A stretch of DNA of 62,068 nt from an uncultured Rhodanobacteraceae bacterium (lineage in GTDB: Bacteria; Pseudomonadota; Gammaproteobacteria; Xanthomonadales; Rhodanobacteraceae): contig CAZBZD010000001.1 in NCBI GenBank assembly GCA_964496295.1, positions 1 through 62,068 of the forward strand, written 5' to 3'. Of the stretch, positions 19,427 through 28,832 are shown one piece after another (positions within the stretch are counted from its first letter, which is position 1; each line of letters begins with the position of its first letter). Both the position numbers and the translations under genes were made by a program. The notes beneath the pieces are model-generated. The model had not been told where the DNA came from and did not search any database. It saw only the letters and a program-made list of their open reading frames with translations.

Positions 19427-20421
19427 CCGGCTGCATCCTCGTGTTCGGCATGCCGCGCTCCGGCACCACGTGGGTCGGCAAGCTGTTCGACAGCCATCCC
19501 GACACCCTCTACCGCCACGAGCCGGACAGCGTGCGGCGGCTCGCGATGCCGCTGTATCCCGAGGCCGATGCCGCAGCCGAGCATCGCGCCGAGCTGGAAC
19601 GCTTCGTCGCCTCGCTGCCCGGCATGCGCAGCGTCAAGGTGCTGGGCAAGCAGCCCCTGTTTCCCAAGCGCTACCTGTCCACCGCGGCGCTCGGCGCCTA
19701 CCGCGCGAGCGTGATCGGCGCGAAGGCCGCGAGCCGCCTCTGGCGCCGTGCCCCCTGCGTGTACCGGCCCGCGGGCGGGAGCCGGGCGCGACTGGTATGG
19801 AAGTCCATCGAGTCGCCCGGGCGGCTCGGCGTGTGCATGCGGGCGCTGCCGGATGCCTGCGCCGTCCACCTGATGCGCCATCCCTGCGGCTACATCGCGT
19901 CGGTGCTGCGCGGCGAGGCGGCCGGGCGTTTCGGCGACCCGCGGCCGAGCGCCGGGGAACTGTGGGTGTTGCGCGCGCTGCTGGCCACGTCCGTCGGCAA
20001 GCGCAGCGCGGTCCGTCTCGACGACCTCGAACGGCTCGCGCCCGAGGAGCGGCTGGCCTGGCGCTGGGTCCTGACGCAGCAGAAGATCCTGGAGGACGTC
20101 GGCCGCTGCGAGCGCGTGCTCACGGTGCGCTACGAGGACGTCTGCGCGGACCCGCTGGCCATGACGCGGCAGATGTTCGCGTTCGCCGGCCTCGACTGGC
20201 AGCCCCGGACCGAGGCGTTCGTCCGCGCCAGCACGCAGGCATCGGAGGCGGATTTCTACAGCGTCTTCAAGCGTCCGCAGGATGCCGCGCAACGCTGGCG
20301 CTCCGAGCTGGACCCGCAGGCCGTCGAACGCGTCATGCGGATTGTCCGCGACACGCCGCTGCATCGTTTCTATGCCGACCGCACGCGGGTGCCGGCAGTG
20401 CACGGGGAGGCGGCGGGATGA
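19423..20421 (+). CDS. PAPS-dependent sulfotransferase
   Basis: 5'-PSB motif GMPRSGTT, YRHEP, 3'-PB-like RHPCGYIAS and VRYEDV. Confidence 0.85.
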   Translation: MTGCILVFGMPRSGTTWVGKLFDSHPDTLYRHEPDSVRRLAMPLYPEADAAAEHRAELERFVASLPGMRSVKVLGKQPLFPKRYLSTAALGAYRASVIGAKAASRLWRRAPCVYRPAGGSRARLVWKSIESPGRLGVCMRALPDACAVHLMRHPCGYIASVLRGEAAGRFGDPRPSAGELWVLRALLATSVGKRSAVRLDDLERLAPEERLAWRWVLTQQKILEDVGRCERVLTVRYEDVCADPLAMTRQMFAFAGLDWQPRTEAFVRASTQASEADFYSVFKRPQDAAQRWRSELDPQAVERVMRIVRDTPLHRFYADRTRVPAVHGEAAG

Positions 20422-21731
20422 CCACGACATCGATCCATCGCGCGGCTGCAACCGCTTCGCGGGTGTGCATGTCGCCCGCTGCGGCATGGACGGACACGGT
20501 TTTCGATGCGGGCGCCGACGGCGACCGCGGGATCCGGCTGCTGGTGCTGACCAGCCTGTATCCGAATGCCGTGCAGCCGCACCTCGGCCGGTTCGTCGAG
20601 GAGCGGTTGCGGCGCCTGGTCGACGGCGGCGGCATCACGGCGACCGTCGTCGCGCCCGTGCCGTGGTTTCCGTTCCGGCACCGGCGCTTCGGCCGCTACG
20701 CCGCGTTCGCGCGGGTGCCCGCATGCGAGGAGCGCCACGGCATCCGCATCGAGCATCCGCGCCATGCCGTCATTCCCCGGTTCGGCATGAACGCGGCGCC
20801 GGAGCTGATGTACCGCGCGTTGCTGCCGGTCCTGCGCAGGCGCCTGGCCGCGGGCGACCGCTTCGACCTGATCGACGCGCACTATTTCCATCCCGACGGC
20901 GTGGTGGCGGCCCGGCTGGGCATGGCACTGCAAAAACCGGTCGTGATCACGGCGCGCGGCAGCGACGTGAACGTGATTCCGCGATACCGCCTGCCCCGGC
21001 GCCGGATCCGCCGGGCCGCGGATCGTGCCGCCGCCGTCGTGACCGTGTCGGCGGCGCTCAAGGCCCGGCTGGAAGCCCTGGGCGTGCCGCCGGGCAAGGT
21101 GACGGTGCTGCGCAACGGCGTCGACCTGGCGCATTTCGCGCCGCGCGAGCGCTCCGCGATCCGTGCCGCGCTCGGCCTCGCCGGGCCGGTGTGGCTGGCG
21201 GTCGGCAACCTTGCCGAGGCGAAGGGGGTGCACGTCACGCTGGAGGCGCTCGCCGGGGTGCCGGACGCCACGTTGCTGGTCGCCGGCCAGGGACCCGACG
21301 AAGCGCACCTGCGGCACCTGGCCGAGCGCCTGGGCGTGGGCGCTCGCGTGCGGTTCCTCGGTGCCGTCGCGCACGCCGAGCTGTGCGGGTACTACAACGC
21401 GGCGGACGCCATGGTGCTGGCGACGCGGCGCGAGGGCATGCCCAACGTGGTGCTCGAATCGCTGGCCTGCGGCACGCCGGTGATCGTGACCCCGTTCGAG
21501 GGCGTCGCCGAGGTGGTCGCGTCGCCCGCGGCGGGACGGATCGCGGCATCGCGTACCGCCGGGGCGATACGCGATGCCTGGAACAGGTTGCAGGCAAACC
21601 GCCCCGACACCGCGGCCACGCGACGCTACGCGGAACGCTTCGGCTGGGAGCCGGTCATCCGGGCGCAGCGCGCGCTGTATGCCGACGCCCTGCGCGCAAC
21701 GAACGACACGGGGCGGAAGCATGGATCGTAA
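20418..21731 (+). CDS. GT4 glycosyltransferase (TuaC/WlbH-like)
   Basis: LVLTSLYPN, IDAHYFHPDG, TARGSDVN and REGMPNVVLESLACGTPV. The true start may lie slightly downstream. Confidence 0.88.
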   Translation: MTTTSIHRAAATASRVCMSPAAAWTDTVFDAGADGDRGIRLLVLTSLYPNAVQPHLGRFVEERLRRLVDGGGITATVVAPVPWFPFRHRRFGRYAAFARVPACEERHGIRIEHPRHAVIPRFGMNAAPELMYRALLPVLRRRLAAGDRFDLIDAHYFHPDGVVAARLGMALQKPVVITARGSDVNVIPRYRLPRRRIRRAADRAAAVVTVSAALKARLEALGVPPGKVTVLRNGVDLAHFAPRERSAIRAALGLAGPVWLAVGNLAEAKGVHVTLEALAGVPDATLLVAGQGPDEAHLRHLAERLGVGARVRFLGAVAHAELCGYYNAADAMVLATRREGMPNVVLESLACGTPVIVTPFEGVAEVVASPAAGRIAASRTAGAIRDAWNRLQANRPDTAATRRYAERFGWEPVIRAQRALYADALRATNDTGRKHGS

Positions 21732-22926
21732 GCCGCCCGCCATGGTCCTGGGAGCCGGCGCCAACGGCCTGGGCGTCGCGCGCAGCCTTGCGCGGGCGCG
21801 GGTGCCGGTGTGGCTGCTGGAAACGGATGCATGCTGTCCGGAAAGACATACCCGCGCGGCAAGGTTCCTGCCGGTGCGCGCGCTGCACGGCGAAACGCTG
21901 GTCGAGGAACTCGTGCGCCTGGGCACGGGCCCGTTCCGGAACCTGCGCCCGGTATTGTTCCTGACCCGGGAGGAAAGCGTGAGGACGGTCTCGTGCCATC
22001 GCGGGCGCCTGCTCGACCTCTACCGTTTCAGCCTGCCCGCCGCCGAAACGGTGGATGCGCTGACCCACAAGCGGGGCTTCCAGCGCGTCGCCGAGCGGCT
22101 CGGCAGTCCCGTCCCGCCGCTGGTGCACGTGCACGCGCCGGCGGACCTGGCGGCGCTGGAAACCCTGCACTACCCGGCCGTGGTCAAGCCCGGCGAACGG
22201 CATGCGGAATACGGCCGGCACTTCCGCAAGGCGTACCGCGTGGAAAGCGCCGCCGAGGCCATGGACCTGGTCCGGCGCATCCTTGCCGTGATGCAGGATG
22301 TCGTGGTGCAGGAGTGGATCGAGGGACCCGACGACGGCATCCATTTCTGCCTGCAGTATCGCCGTCGCGACGGCACGGTGGCCGCGTCGTTCAGCGGTCG
22401 CAAGATCCGTTCGTGGCCGCCGCAGGTGGGCGGCACGGCCAGTTGCGTGGCGGCGCCGGACGTGCATCGGGAACTGTCGTGCATGACCGACCGGTTCTTC
22501 GGCGGCGCGGACGTGGTCGGCATGGTCGGCATGGAATACAAGCGCGACGCGCGCAGCGGCATGTTCCGGATGGTGGAGCCGACCATCGGCCGCACCGATT
22601 ACCAGGAGGAGGTGGCGACCCTGAACGGGGTCAACATGCCGTACGCGGCCTGGTGTTCCGAGTCGGGGGCGCTCCTGCCGGCACCGGTCCCGACGCGGCG
22701 GCCGGTGGTCTGGCGGGTGCGCTCCGAGGATGCGCGGTCCGCTGCCGCGCAGGGCCAGCAGCCGGGGCAGGGCCGGCCGCGCGGCGCCCGCGTCGCCGAC
22801 GCCCTGTTCCGCTGGAACGATCCGCTGCCTTTCCTGGCACAGGGGTTGCGTCGCGTCCGGCGGGCATTGCGTGCCCGGTTGTCCGGGGTGACGCCGGCGT
22901 CGCCGATGGCGGGGGGTGAGTCATGA
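21721..22926 (+). CDS. ATP-grasp carboxylate-amine ligase (D-aspartate-ligase-like)
   Basis: GANGLGVARSL, YPAVVKP, VVQEWIEG and GMEYKRD...MVEPTIGR. Confidence 0.8.
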   Translation: MDRKPPAMVLGAGANGLGVARSLARARVPVWLLETDACCPERHTRAARFLPVRALHGETLVEELVRLGTGPFRNLRPVLFLTREESVRTVSCHRGRLLDLYRFSLPAAETVDALTHKRGFQRVAERLGSPVPPLVHVHAPADLAALETLHYPAVVKPGERHAEYGRHFRKAYRVESAAEAMDLVRRILAVMQDVVVQEWIEGPDDGIHFCLQYRRRDGTVAASFSGRKIRSWPPQVGGTASCVAAPDVHRELSCMTDRFFGGADVVGMVGMEYKRDARSGMFRMVEPTIGRTDYQEEVATLNGVNMPYAAWCSESGALLPAPVPTRRPVVWRVRSEDARSAAAQGQQPGQGRPRGARVADALFRWNDPLPFLAQGLRRVRRALRARLSGVTPASPMAGGES

Positions 22927-24035
22927 GCGTGGTTGCGCGCTTGCTGAGGCGGCCGGTACGGCGGGTGACGGATGCGCGGCGCGGGCTGGCATGCGCCGCC
23001 GAGTGGCTGGCGCGGGCCCAGGACGCCACGGGCTGCGGCGGCGTCAGCGCCTTCTACGACGTGGCGAAGCGGCAATGGGCTGGCGCCTATCCCGAAACCA
23101 CCGGCTACATCATCCCGACCCTGCTGCGCCATGCGCGGTCGAGCGGCCGCGACGACTACCGGGAACGTGCCCTGCGCATGGCCGAGTGGGAATCGTCCAT
23201 CCAGCTTCCCGGCGGCGGCGTGCGCGCCGGCACGCTGGACGCGCCGCGGGCGGTACCGACCATCTTCAACACCGGGCAGGTGCTGTTCGGCTGGCTCGCC
23301 GCATGGCAGGAAACGCACGACGCGCGTTTCCGGGACTCGGCGACGGCGGCGGCCGGCTGGCTGGCGGACGCGCAGGACGCGGACGGCGCGTGGCGTCGTT
23401 TTGCCTCGCCGTTTGCCTCGCATGCGTTGAACACCTACAACACCCGCGTCGCCTGGGCGCTGGCGCTCGCCGGCCGGGTGCTGGCGGAGCCGCGTTACCT
23501 GGAGGCCGCCACGCGCAACGTCGCCTGGGCCCTGGGCCAGATGCAGCCGAACGGCTGGCTGGACAACAACGACCTGGAGGACAACGCGCGGCCGCTCACG
23601 CATACCATCGCCTACGCCACCCGCGGCATCCTGGAGGTGGGCCTGATCGCGGACAACGGCGGCTTCGTGGATGCGGCCGCGCGCACCGCGAAGGCCGCCG
23701 CGGACAGGCAGCGCGGCGACGGCGCCCTGCCGGGCCGCCTGGATTCGCGCTGGCGCGCGGCAAGCCGCTGGACCTGCGTCACCGGCAACGCGCAGATGGC
23801 CATCGTCTGGCAGCGCCTGGCAACGGCCACCGGCGACGCCTCCTGGAAGCCGGCGGCGGAGCGCGCCAACCGCTTCAACCTGTCGGTCCAGGACCTCGCG
23901 GCGGACGACGCCGGCGTGCGCGGCGCCCTGCCGGGCTCGCAACCGCGGACGGGTGGCTACATGAAGAACCGCTATCCGAACTGGGCGGCGAAGTTCTTCA
24001 TGGACGCGCTGATGCTGCAGCGGGACGGGAGCTGA
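22923..24035 (+). CDS. Conserved hypothetical (alpha/alpha)-toroid protein with QW-like repeats
   Basis: AYPETTGYIIPT motif and repeated Q-x-x-D/N-G-x-W/L motifs (AQDADGAW, MQPNGW, QRGDGAL). Translationally coupled to the upstream ligase. Confidence 0.75.
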   Translation: MSVVARLLRRPVRRVTDARRGLACAAEWLARAQDATGCGGVSAFYDVAKRQWAGAYPETTGYIIPTLLRHARSSGRDDYRERALRMAEWESSIQLPGGGVRAGTLDAPRAVPTIFNTGQVLFGWLAAWQETHDARFRDSATAAAGWLADAQDADGAWRRFASPFASHALNTYNTRVAWALALAGRVLAEPRYLEAATRNVAWALGQMQPNGWLDNNDLEDNARPLTHTIAYATRGILEVGLIADNGGFVDAAARTAKAAADRQRGDGALPGRLDSRWRAASRWTCVTGNAQMAIVWQRLATATGDASWKPAAERANRFNLSVQDLAADDAGVRGALPGSQPRTGGYMKNRYPNWAAKFFMDALMLQRDGS

Positions 24036-24039
24036 CGCC

Positions 24040-25365
24040 ATGCGCGACATCGCCCTCACCCTGTTCGTGTTCGGACTGGTTCCCTTCATCGTGATGCGGC
24101 CGTACATCGGCCTGCTGGTGTGGTCGTGGTTCAGTTACATGAACCCGCATCGCCTGACCTTCGGCTTCGCCTACAGCTTCCCGTGGGTGCAGATGATCGC
24201 CATGCTCACGCTCGCCAGCCTGCTGCTGGGCAAGGAAAACAAGCGCATCCAGTGGTCGCCGGTCGGCACGTTGCTGCTGGTGTTCCTGATGTGGACGGGC
24301 CTGACCACGCTTTTTGCGGTGGTGCAGGACGACGCATGGGACAAGTGGATACAGTTTTCCAAGGTTCTCATCATGGTGTTCACCACCATGATCGTGATCG
24401 ACAGCCGCGAGCGCATGCACTGGCTGGTGTGGGTGATCGTGGTTTCCCTGGGGTTCTACGGCGTCAAGGGCGGCCTGTTCACGATCCTGCACGGCGGGAC
24501 CAACCACGTGCTGGGGCCGGCCGGCAGCTTCATCGCCGGCAACAACGACCTGGCGCAGGCGCTGTGCATGATCCTGCCGCTGATACGCTACCTGCAGCTC
24601 CAGGCCAGGCGGAAGATCGTCAGGATCGGGCTCGGCGCGGCGCTGTTCCTCACCGGCATCGCCATCCTCGGCACCTATTCGCGCGGCGGCCTGATCGCGT
24701 TCGCGGTGGTCAGCGCGGCGCTGTTCCTCAAGAGCCGCCGGCGCGTCGTCATGCTTGTCGCCATCGCGGCGCTGGTCTACACGGCTTTCCACTTCATGCC
24801 CGCGCAATGGAAGGCACGCATGCACACGATCAGCCACGCCAGCACGGTCAATACCGTGCAAACGCGAATACAATCCTGGAAATTTGCCGCCCATGTCGCC
24901 TTCGAACGTCCCGTGGTGGGCGGCGGGTTCGATGTCTATCGGAGCACGGCCATGTGGAACCGGTACGGGCCCGAGGGCGCGAAGCAGCGGGCCATCCACA
25001 GCATCTATTTCCGGGTGCTGGGCGAGCAGAGCTTCATCGGCGTGGCCCTGTTTCTTGCCTTGCTGTTCGTCAGTTGGCGAAGTTGCGCCAAGGTGCGGCG
25101 CATGACCCGGCATTCGGCGGAGGACAAGTGGGCGTTCGACCTTGCCTCGATGCTCCAGGTCAGCCTGCTGGCCTTCATGACGGCGGGGCTGGCGACCACG
25201 TCGAGCTATTTCGATCTCAGCTACCAGTTGATGGCCATGTGCGCCCTGCTGCTGGGGCTGGTGCGGCAGGCGGCGGCCGAGCCGGCGACGCCGGGGAAGG
25301 GCGGTCGGGTGCTGGTGCGGCGTCTGGACGGCGGGATTTCCATGGGCAAGGTCGGCAATGGCTGA
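24040..25365 (+). CDS. O-antigen ligase/polymerase-like protein, exosortase A-associated (TIGR03097-like)
   Basis: MRDIAL...YMNPHRL, TYSRGG and AIHSIYFRVLGEQ, with many TM helices. Confidence 0.9.
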   Translation: MRDIALTLFVFGLVPFIVMRPYIGLLVWSWFSYMNPHRLTFGFAYSFPWVQMIAMLTLASLLLGKENKRIQWSPVGTLLLVFLMWTGLTTLFAVVQDDAWDKWIQFSKVLIMVFTTMIVIDSRERMHWLVWVIVVSLGFYGVKGGLFTILHGGTNHVLGPAGSFIAGNNDLAQALCMILPLIRYLQLQARRKIVRIGLGAALFLTGIAILGTYSRGGLIAFAVVSAALFLKSRRRVVMLVAIAALVYTAFHFMPAQWKARMHTISHASTVNTVQTRIQSWKFAAHVAFERPVVGGGFDVYRSTAMWNRYGPEGAKQRAIHSIYFRVLGEQSFIGVALFLALLFVSWRSCAKVRRMTRHSAEDKWAFDLASMLQVSLLAFMTAGLATTSSYFDLSYQLMAMCALLLGLVRQAAAEPATPGKGGRVLVRRLDGGISMGKVGNG

Positions 25366-25377
25366 TCGGAGGGGGCA

Positions 25378-26634
25378 ATGGCGGGTCGCGTGATCATGGT
25401 CGGGTTTCATTTTCCGCCGTCTGCTCTGAGCAGCGGGCACCTCAGGCTGCTGGCGTTCGCCAGGTACCTGCCCGGGTTCGACTGGGACCCGGTCGTGCTG
25501 TCCGCCACCCGGGGTGCCTACGAGCACGTCGACCCGGCCAGTGTCCGATCCATTCCCGACACGTGCCGCGTGCATCGCGCCGTGGCCCTGGACGCCAAGC
25601 GCCATCTCGGGATGTTCGGCAGGTATCCGTCGCTGCTTGCGCAGCCCGACCGCTGGGCCAGCTGGCGGCCGGCCGCGGTCGCGCTCGGGTTGCACCTGAT
25701 CCGGCGCTATCGCGCGCAGGCCATCTGGTCCACTTACCCGATCATGAGTTCGCATTGCATCGCCCACGCATTGCACCGCCTGACCGGCCTGCCCTGGATC
25801 GCGGACTTCCGCGATCCGGTGGCGACGTCCATGGAAGGCAGGAACCGCATGACCGCGGGGTCGCTGGCACGCTGGGAACAACGGGTGGTGTCGCGCGCCG
25901 CATGCTCGGTGTTCACCACCCCGGGAGCGATGCGCGAATGCGCCGAACGCCATCCCGGCATGCAGCGCGCCGGCCGCCTGGCGGTGATCGAAAACGGCTA
26001 CGACGAGGCGGACTTCGCGGACCTGCCGCAACCGCCCTCCCCGGCCGGGCGGCCGCTGGTCCTGGTGCACAGCGGGTTGCTGTATCCCGGCGGCCGGAAC
26101 CCGGTGCCGTTCTTCACCGCGCTCGCGCGCCTGAAGGCGTCGGGAGACATCCATGCCGGCAACCTGAAGGTGGTGTTGCGGGCAAGCGGTTCGGAACCGG
26201 TCTACCGGCGCGACATACGGCGCCTGGGCATCGAGGACGTGGTGGTCCTGGCAGCGCCCGTGCCCGGCCCGGAAGCGCTGGCGGAGCAGGCCCGTGCCGA
26301 CGGCCTGCTGTTGTTCCAGGGCACGCCCTACGACCGCCAGATTCCCGCCAAGCTCTACGAGTACATGCGCATCGGCCGGCCCGTCTTCGCCATGGTCGGG
26401 GAACACGGGGATACCGCGCGCCTGCTGCGCGAGGCCGGCGGGGCGGAGCTTGTCCCGCTCGACGACGCGGATGCCATCGAAACGCGCCTTGCCGCTTTCG
26501 TGCAGGCCCTGCGTTCGGGCAGCGCGACGCGCATGCCGCAAGACATCGTTGCCAGGCATTCCAGGCGCGAAGGGACCGCGTTGCTGGCGGGGCTGCTGGA
26601 CCGGGTCACGGCGCGCGAGGGGGTGCCGGCATGA
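25378..26634 (+). CDS. GT4 glycosyltransferase
   Basis: FHFPP, PWIADFRDP, VIENGYDE and IPAKLYEY. Confidence 0.88.
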   Translation: MAGRVIMVGFHFPPSALSSGHLRLLAFARYLPGFDWDPVVLSATRGAYEHVDPASVRSIPDTCRVHRAVALDAKRHLGMFGRYPSLLAQPDRWASWRPAAVALGLHLIRRYRAQAIWSTYPIMSSHCIAHALHRLTGLPWIADFRDPVATSMEGRNRMTAGSLARWEQRVVSRAACSVFTTPGAMRECAERHPGMQRAGRLAVIENGYDEADFADLPQPPSPAGRPLVLVHSGLLYPGGRNPVPFFTALARLKASGDIHAGNLKVVLRASGSEPVYRRDIRRLGIEDVVVLAAPVPGPEALAEQARADGLLLFQGTPYDRQIPAKLYEYMRIGRPVFAMVGEHGDTARLLREAGGAELVPLDDADAIETRLAAFVQALRSGSATRMPQDIVARHSRREGTALLAGLLDRVTAREGVPA

Positions 26635-27542
26635 TGTTGCAGGCTTCCCCGGCGCGGACCGCCAGGCCGGAAGGGCGGAAGCTTTCCGCGAGGACCTTTT
26701 TCGCGACCCCCGCCGCGCAGCTCACGGCGGAGATGGAGCGGGACTTCTTCACTTCGCTGCGGACCAGCAACGGAACCTACAAGACCACCTGCCGGCAGCG
26801 TTTTGCCGACACCAACCCTGCCATCGTGCAGCAGCTGCGGTCGTGCCGGTCCCGGCCCGTCAGGGTGCTGGACATCGGCGTTTCTTCCGGTATCAGCACG
26901 ATCGAGCTGCACGACGACCTGCGTGCCGCCGGCCTGGACGCGGACGTCGTTGCCACCGACATCCTGACCGACGCGTTCCTGGTCCGGGCATGGCCGGGCT
27001 GCGACGTGCTCGTGGAGGAGAACGGCTTTCCGCTGCGCTTCGACCTTCCCGGCGGCAGCATGAAACCGTGGGTGGTGCGCGGCGATTATCGCAACGGCTT
27101 TTTCGTCGTGCGCAAGTCGGTCAACACGGTGCTGGCGTGGCGCACCCGGCACATCCTGCGCGATCCGGGTGATGCAAGGATCACGCGGGTCAAGCTCGTC
27201 ACGCCCCGGCTGCCGGGCCACGCGGGCATCGAGCTTTGCACGGACGACATGCGCCGCTACAACGCCGCGTTCGCCGGCCGGTTCGACTTCGTGCGTGCCG
27301 CCAACGTGCTCAACGTGGGGTATTTCGATCCGCGTGTGCTGGCTTCCATGGTGGCGAACGTGGTGCGCTACCTGGACGGCCCCGGAAGCTGCCTGTTCGT
27401 GGCACGCACGCACCCGGACGGAAGCAACCACGGCACCCTGTTCCGGCTTGGCGACCAGCGCCGGTTCGAAACGGTCTGGAAGGTGGGCGGGGGTTCGGAA
27501 ATCGAGGATATCGTTCTGGAATCGAAGGTGCCCCATGGTTGA
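26631..27542 (+). CDS. Putative class I SAM-dependent methyltransferase-fold protein
   Basis: VRVLDIGVSSG motif I, VVATD and a CheR-like FDFVRAANVL. ATGA overlap with the upstream gene. Confidence 0.65.
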   Translation: MMLQASPARTARPEGRKLSARTFFATPAAQLTAEMERDFFTSLRTSNGTYKTTCRQRFADTNPAIVQQLRSCRSRPVRVLDIGVSSGISTIELHDDLRAAGLDADVVATDILTDAFLVRAWPGCDVLVEENGFPLRFDLPGGSMKPWVVRGDYRNGFFVVRKSVNTVLAWRTRHILRDPGDARITRVKLVTPRLPGHAGIELCTDDMRRYNAAFAGRFDFVRAANVLNVGYFDPRVLASMVANVVRYLDGPGSCLFVARTHPDGSNHGTLFRLGDQRRFETVWKVGGGSEIEDIVLESKVPHG

Positions 27543-27722
27543 TGTGGTTTCCCGGGCATCCGCGCATGCCTGTCATGCCGATGGTTTCCGCGGTGGCCCC
27601 GTGGTCGGCATCGCCTGCCGCGGACGGCGGACGAGCCGGTGGGCGGGCATCGTGCGTGGCCGGGGTGGGATCCAGCGCGCCGTTCGCGGCTCGAACGACC
27701 ACCTTGCGGCGGGGCGGATGCC

Positions 27723-28832
27723 ATGAGCACCGTCTGCCACTTCGCATCCAACCACGAGGGGCTGGACACGCGCATCGCGCTCAAGGAGTGCGTGTCGCTG
27801 GCCGCGGCTGGCCATGACGTGCACCTGGTCATTACCGCATCAAGGGCTGATGTGGCGAAGGCCGGCGCCGACGGGGTGACGGTGCATGCCTTGCCCCGGG
27901 TCTCCGGACGGCTGGCGAGGATGCTCGGCCATGCCTGGCGCTGTTATCGCGCCGCGCGCCGCGTGAATGCCGCGATCTACCACTTCCACGACCCCGAGCT
28001 GATTCCCTTCGGCATCTGGCTGAAGCTGCGCGGACGCCGCGTGATCTACGACGTGCACGAGGACTTCCCGCGCGACATCCTCGACAAGTACTGGCTGCCG
28101 GCATGGGTGCGCAGGCCGGTGTCCGCCGTCGCCAGCGGCGTGGAATACGTGGCGGCGCGATGGTTCTTCGACATCGTCGGCGCCACTCCGCTGATCACGC
28201 AGCGTTTCCGGCGGATCACGGCGCGGGCGGTCAACATCAACAACTACCCCTGGCCCGCCGAACTGGTGCCCACGGACGCGTCGCGGCCGCGCGGGCGGCA
28301 GGTCTGCTACGTCGGCAACATCACCCGGATCCGCGGTCTCAAGCCGGTCATCGAGGCCCTGCCGCTGGTGCCCGGGGTCACGTTCGTGCTGTGCGGCACG
28401 TTTTCCGAGCCGGGCTTCGAGGACGAACTGAAAGCGCTCCCCGGGTGGTCGCAGGTGCGCTACCTGGGCAAGGTCGATCGCGCAAGCGCGCGCGACGTGA
28501 TGGCCGCGAGCGTGGCCGGCCTGGTGACCTTCTTCCCGGTGCGCAGCCACCTGGATGCCCAGCCCAACAAGCTGTTCGAATACATGTCGGCGGAGCTGCC
28601 GGTGATCGCGTCCGATTTTCCGCTGTGGCGACAGATCGTCGGCGACACGGGCGCGGGCATCTGCATCGACCCGCAGTCGCCCGAAGCCATCGCGGCCGCC
28701 ATGCGCCGGCTGCTCGGGGACCCGGCCGCCGTCGCCGCCATGGGCCGGGCCGGGCGCCAGGCGGTGCGGAATACCTACAATTGGCCCAGCGAGGCGGCAA
28801 GGCTGGTGCGGTTCTACGAGGAGTCTGCATGA
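27723..28832 (+). CDS. GT4 glycosyltransferase
   Basis: YHFHDPEL, IYDVHED and PNKLFEYMSAELPVIASDF. Start moved to the ATG at 27723. Confidence 0.88.
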   Translation: MSTVCHFASNHEGLDTRIALKECVSLAAAGHDVHLVITASRADVAKAGADGVTVHALPRVSGRLARMLGHAWRCYRAARRVNAAIYHFHDPELIPFGIWLKLRGRRVIYDVHEDFPRDILDKYWLPAWVRRPVSAVASGVEYVAARWFFDIVGATPLITQRFRRITARAVNINNYPWPAELVPTDASRPRGRQVCYVGNITRIRGLKPVIEALPLVPGVTFVLCGTFSEPGFEDELKALPGWSQVRYLGKVDRASARDVMAASVAGLVTFFPVRSHLDAQPNKLFEYMSAELPVIASDFPLWRQIVGDTGAGICIDPQSPEAIAAAMRRLLGDPAAVAAMGRAGRQAVRNTYNWPSEAARLVRFYEESA

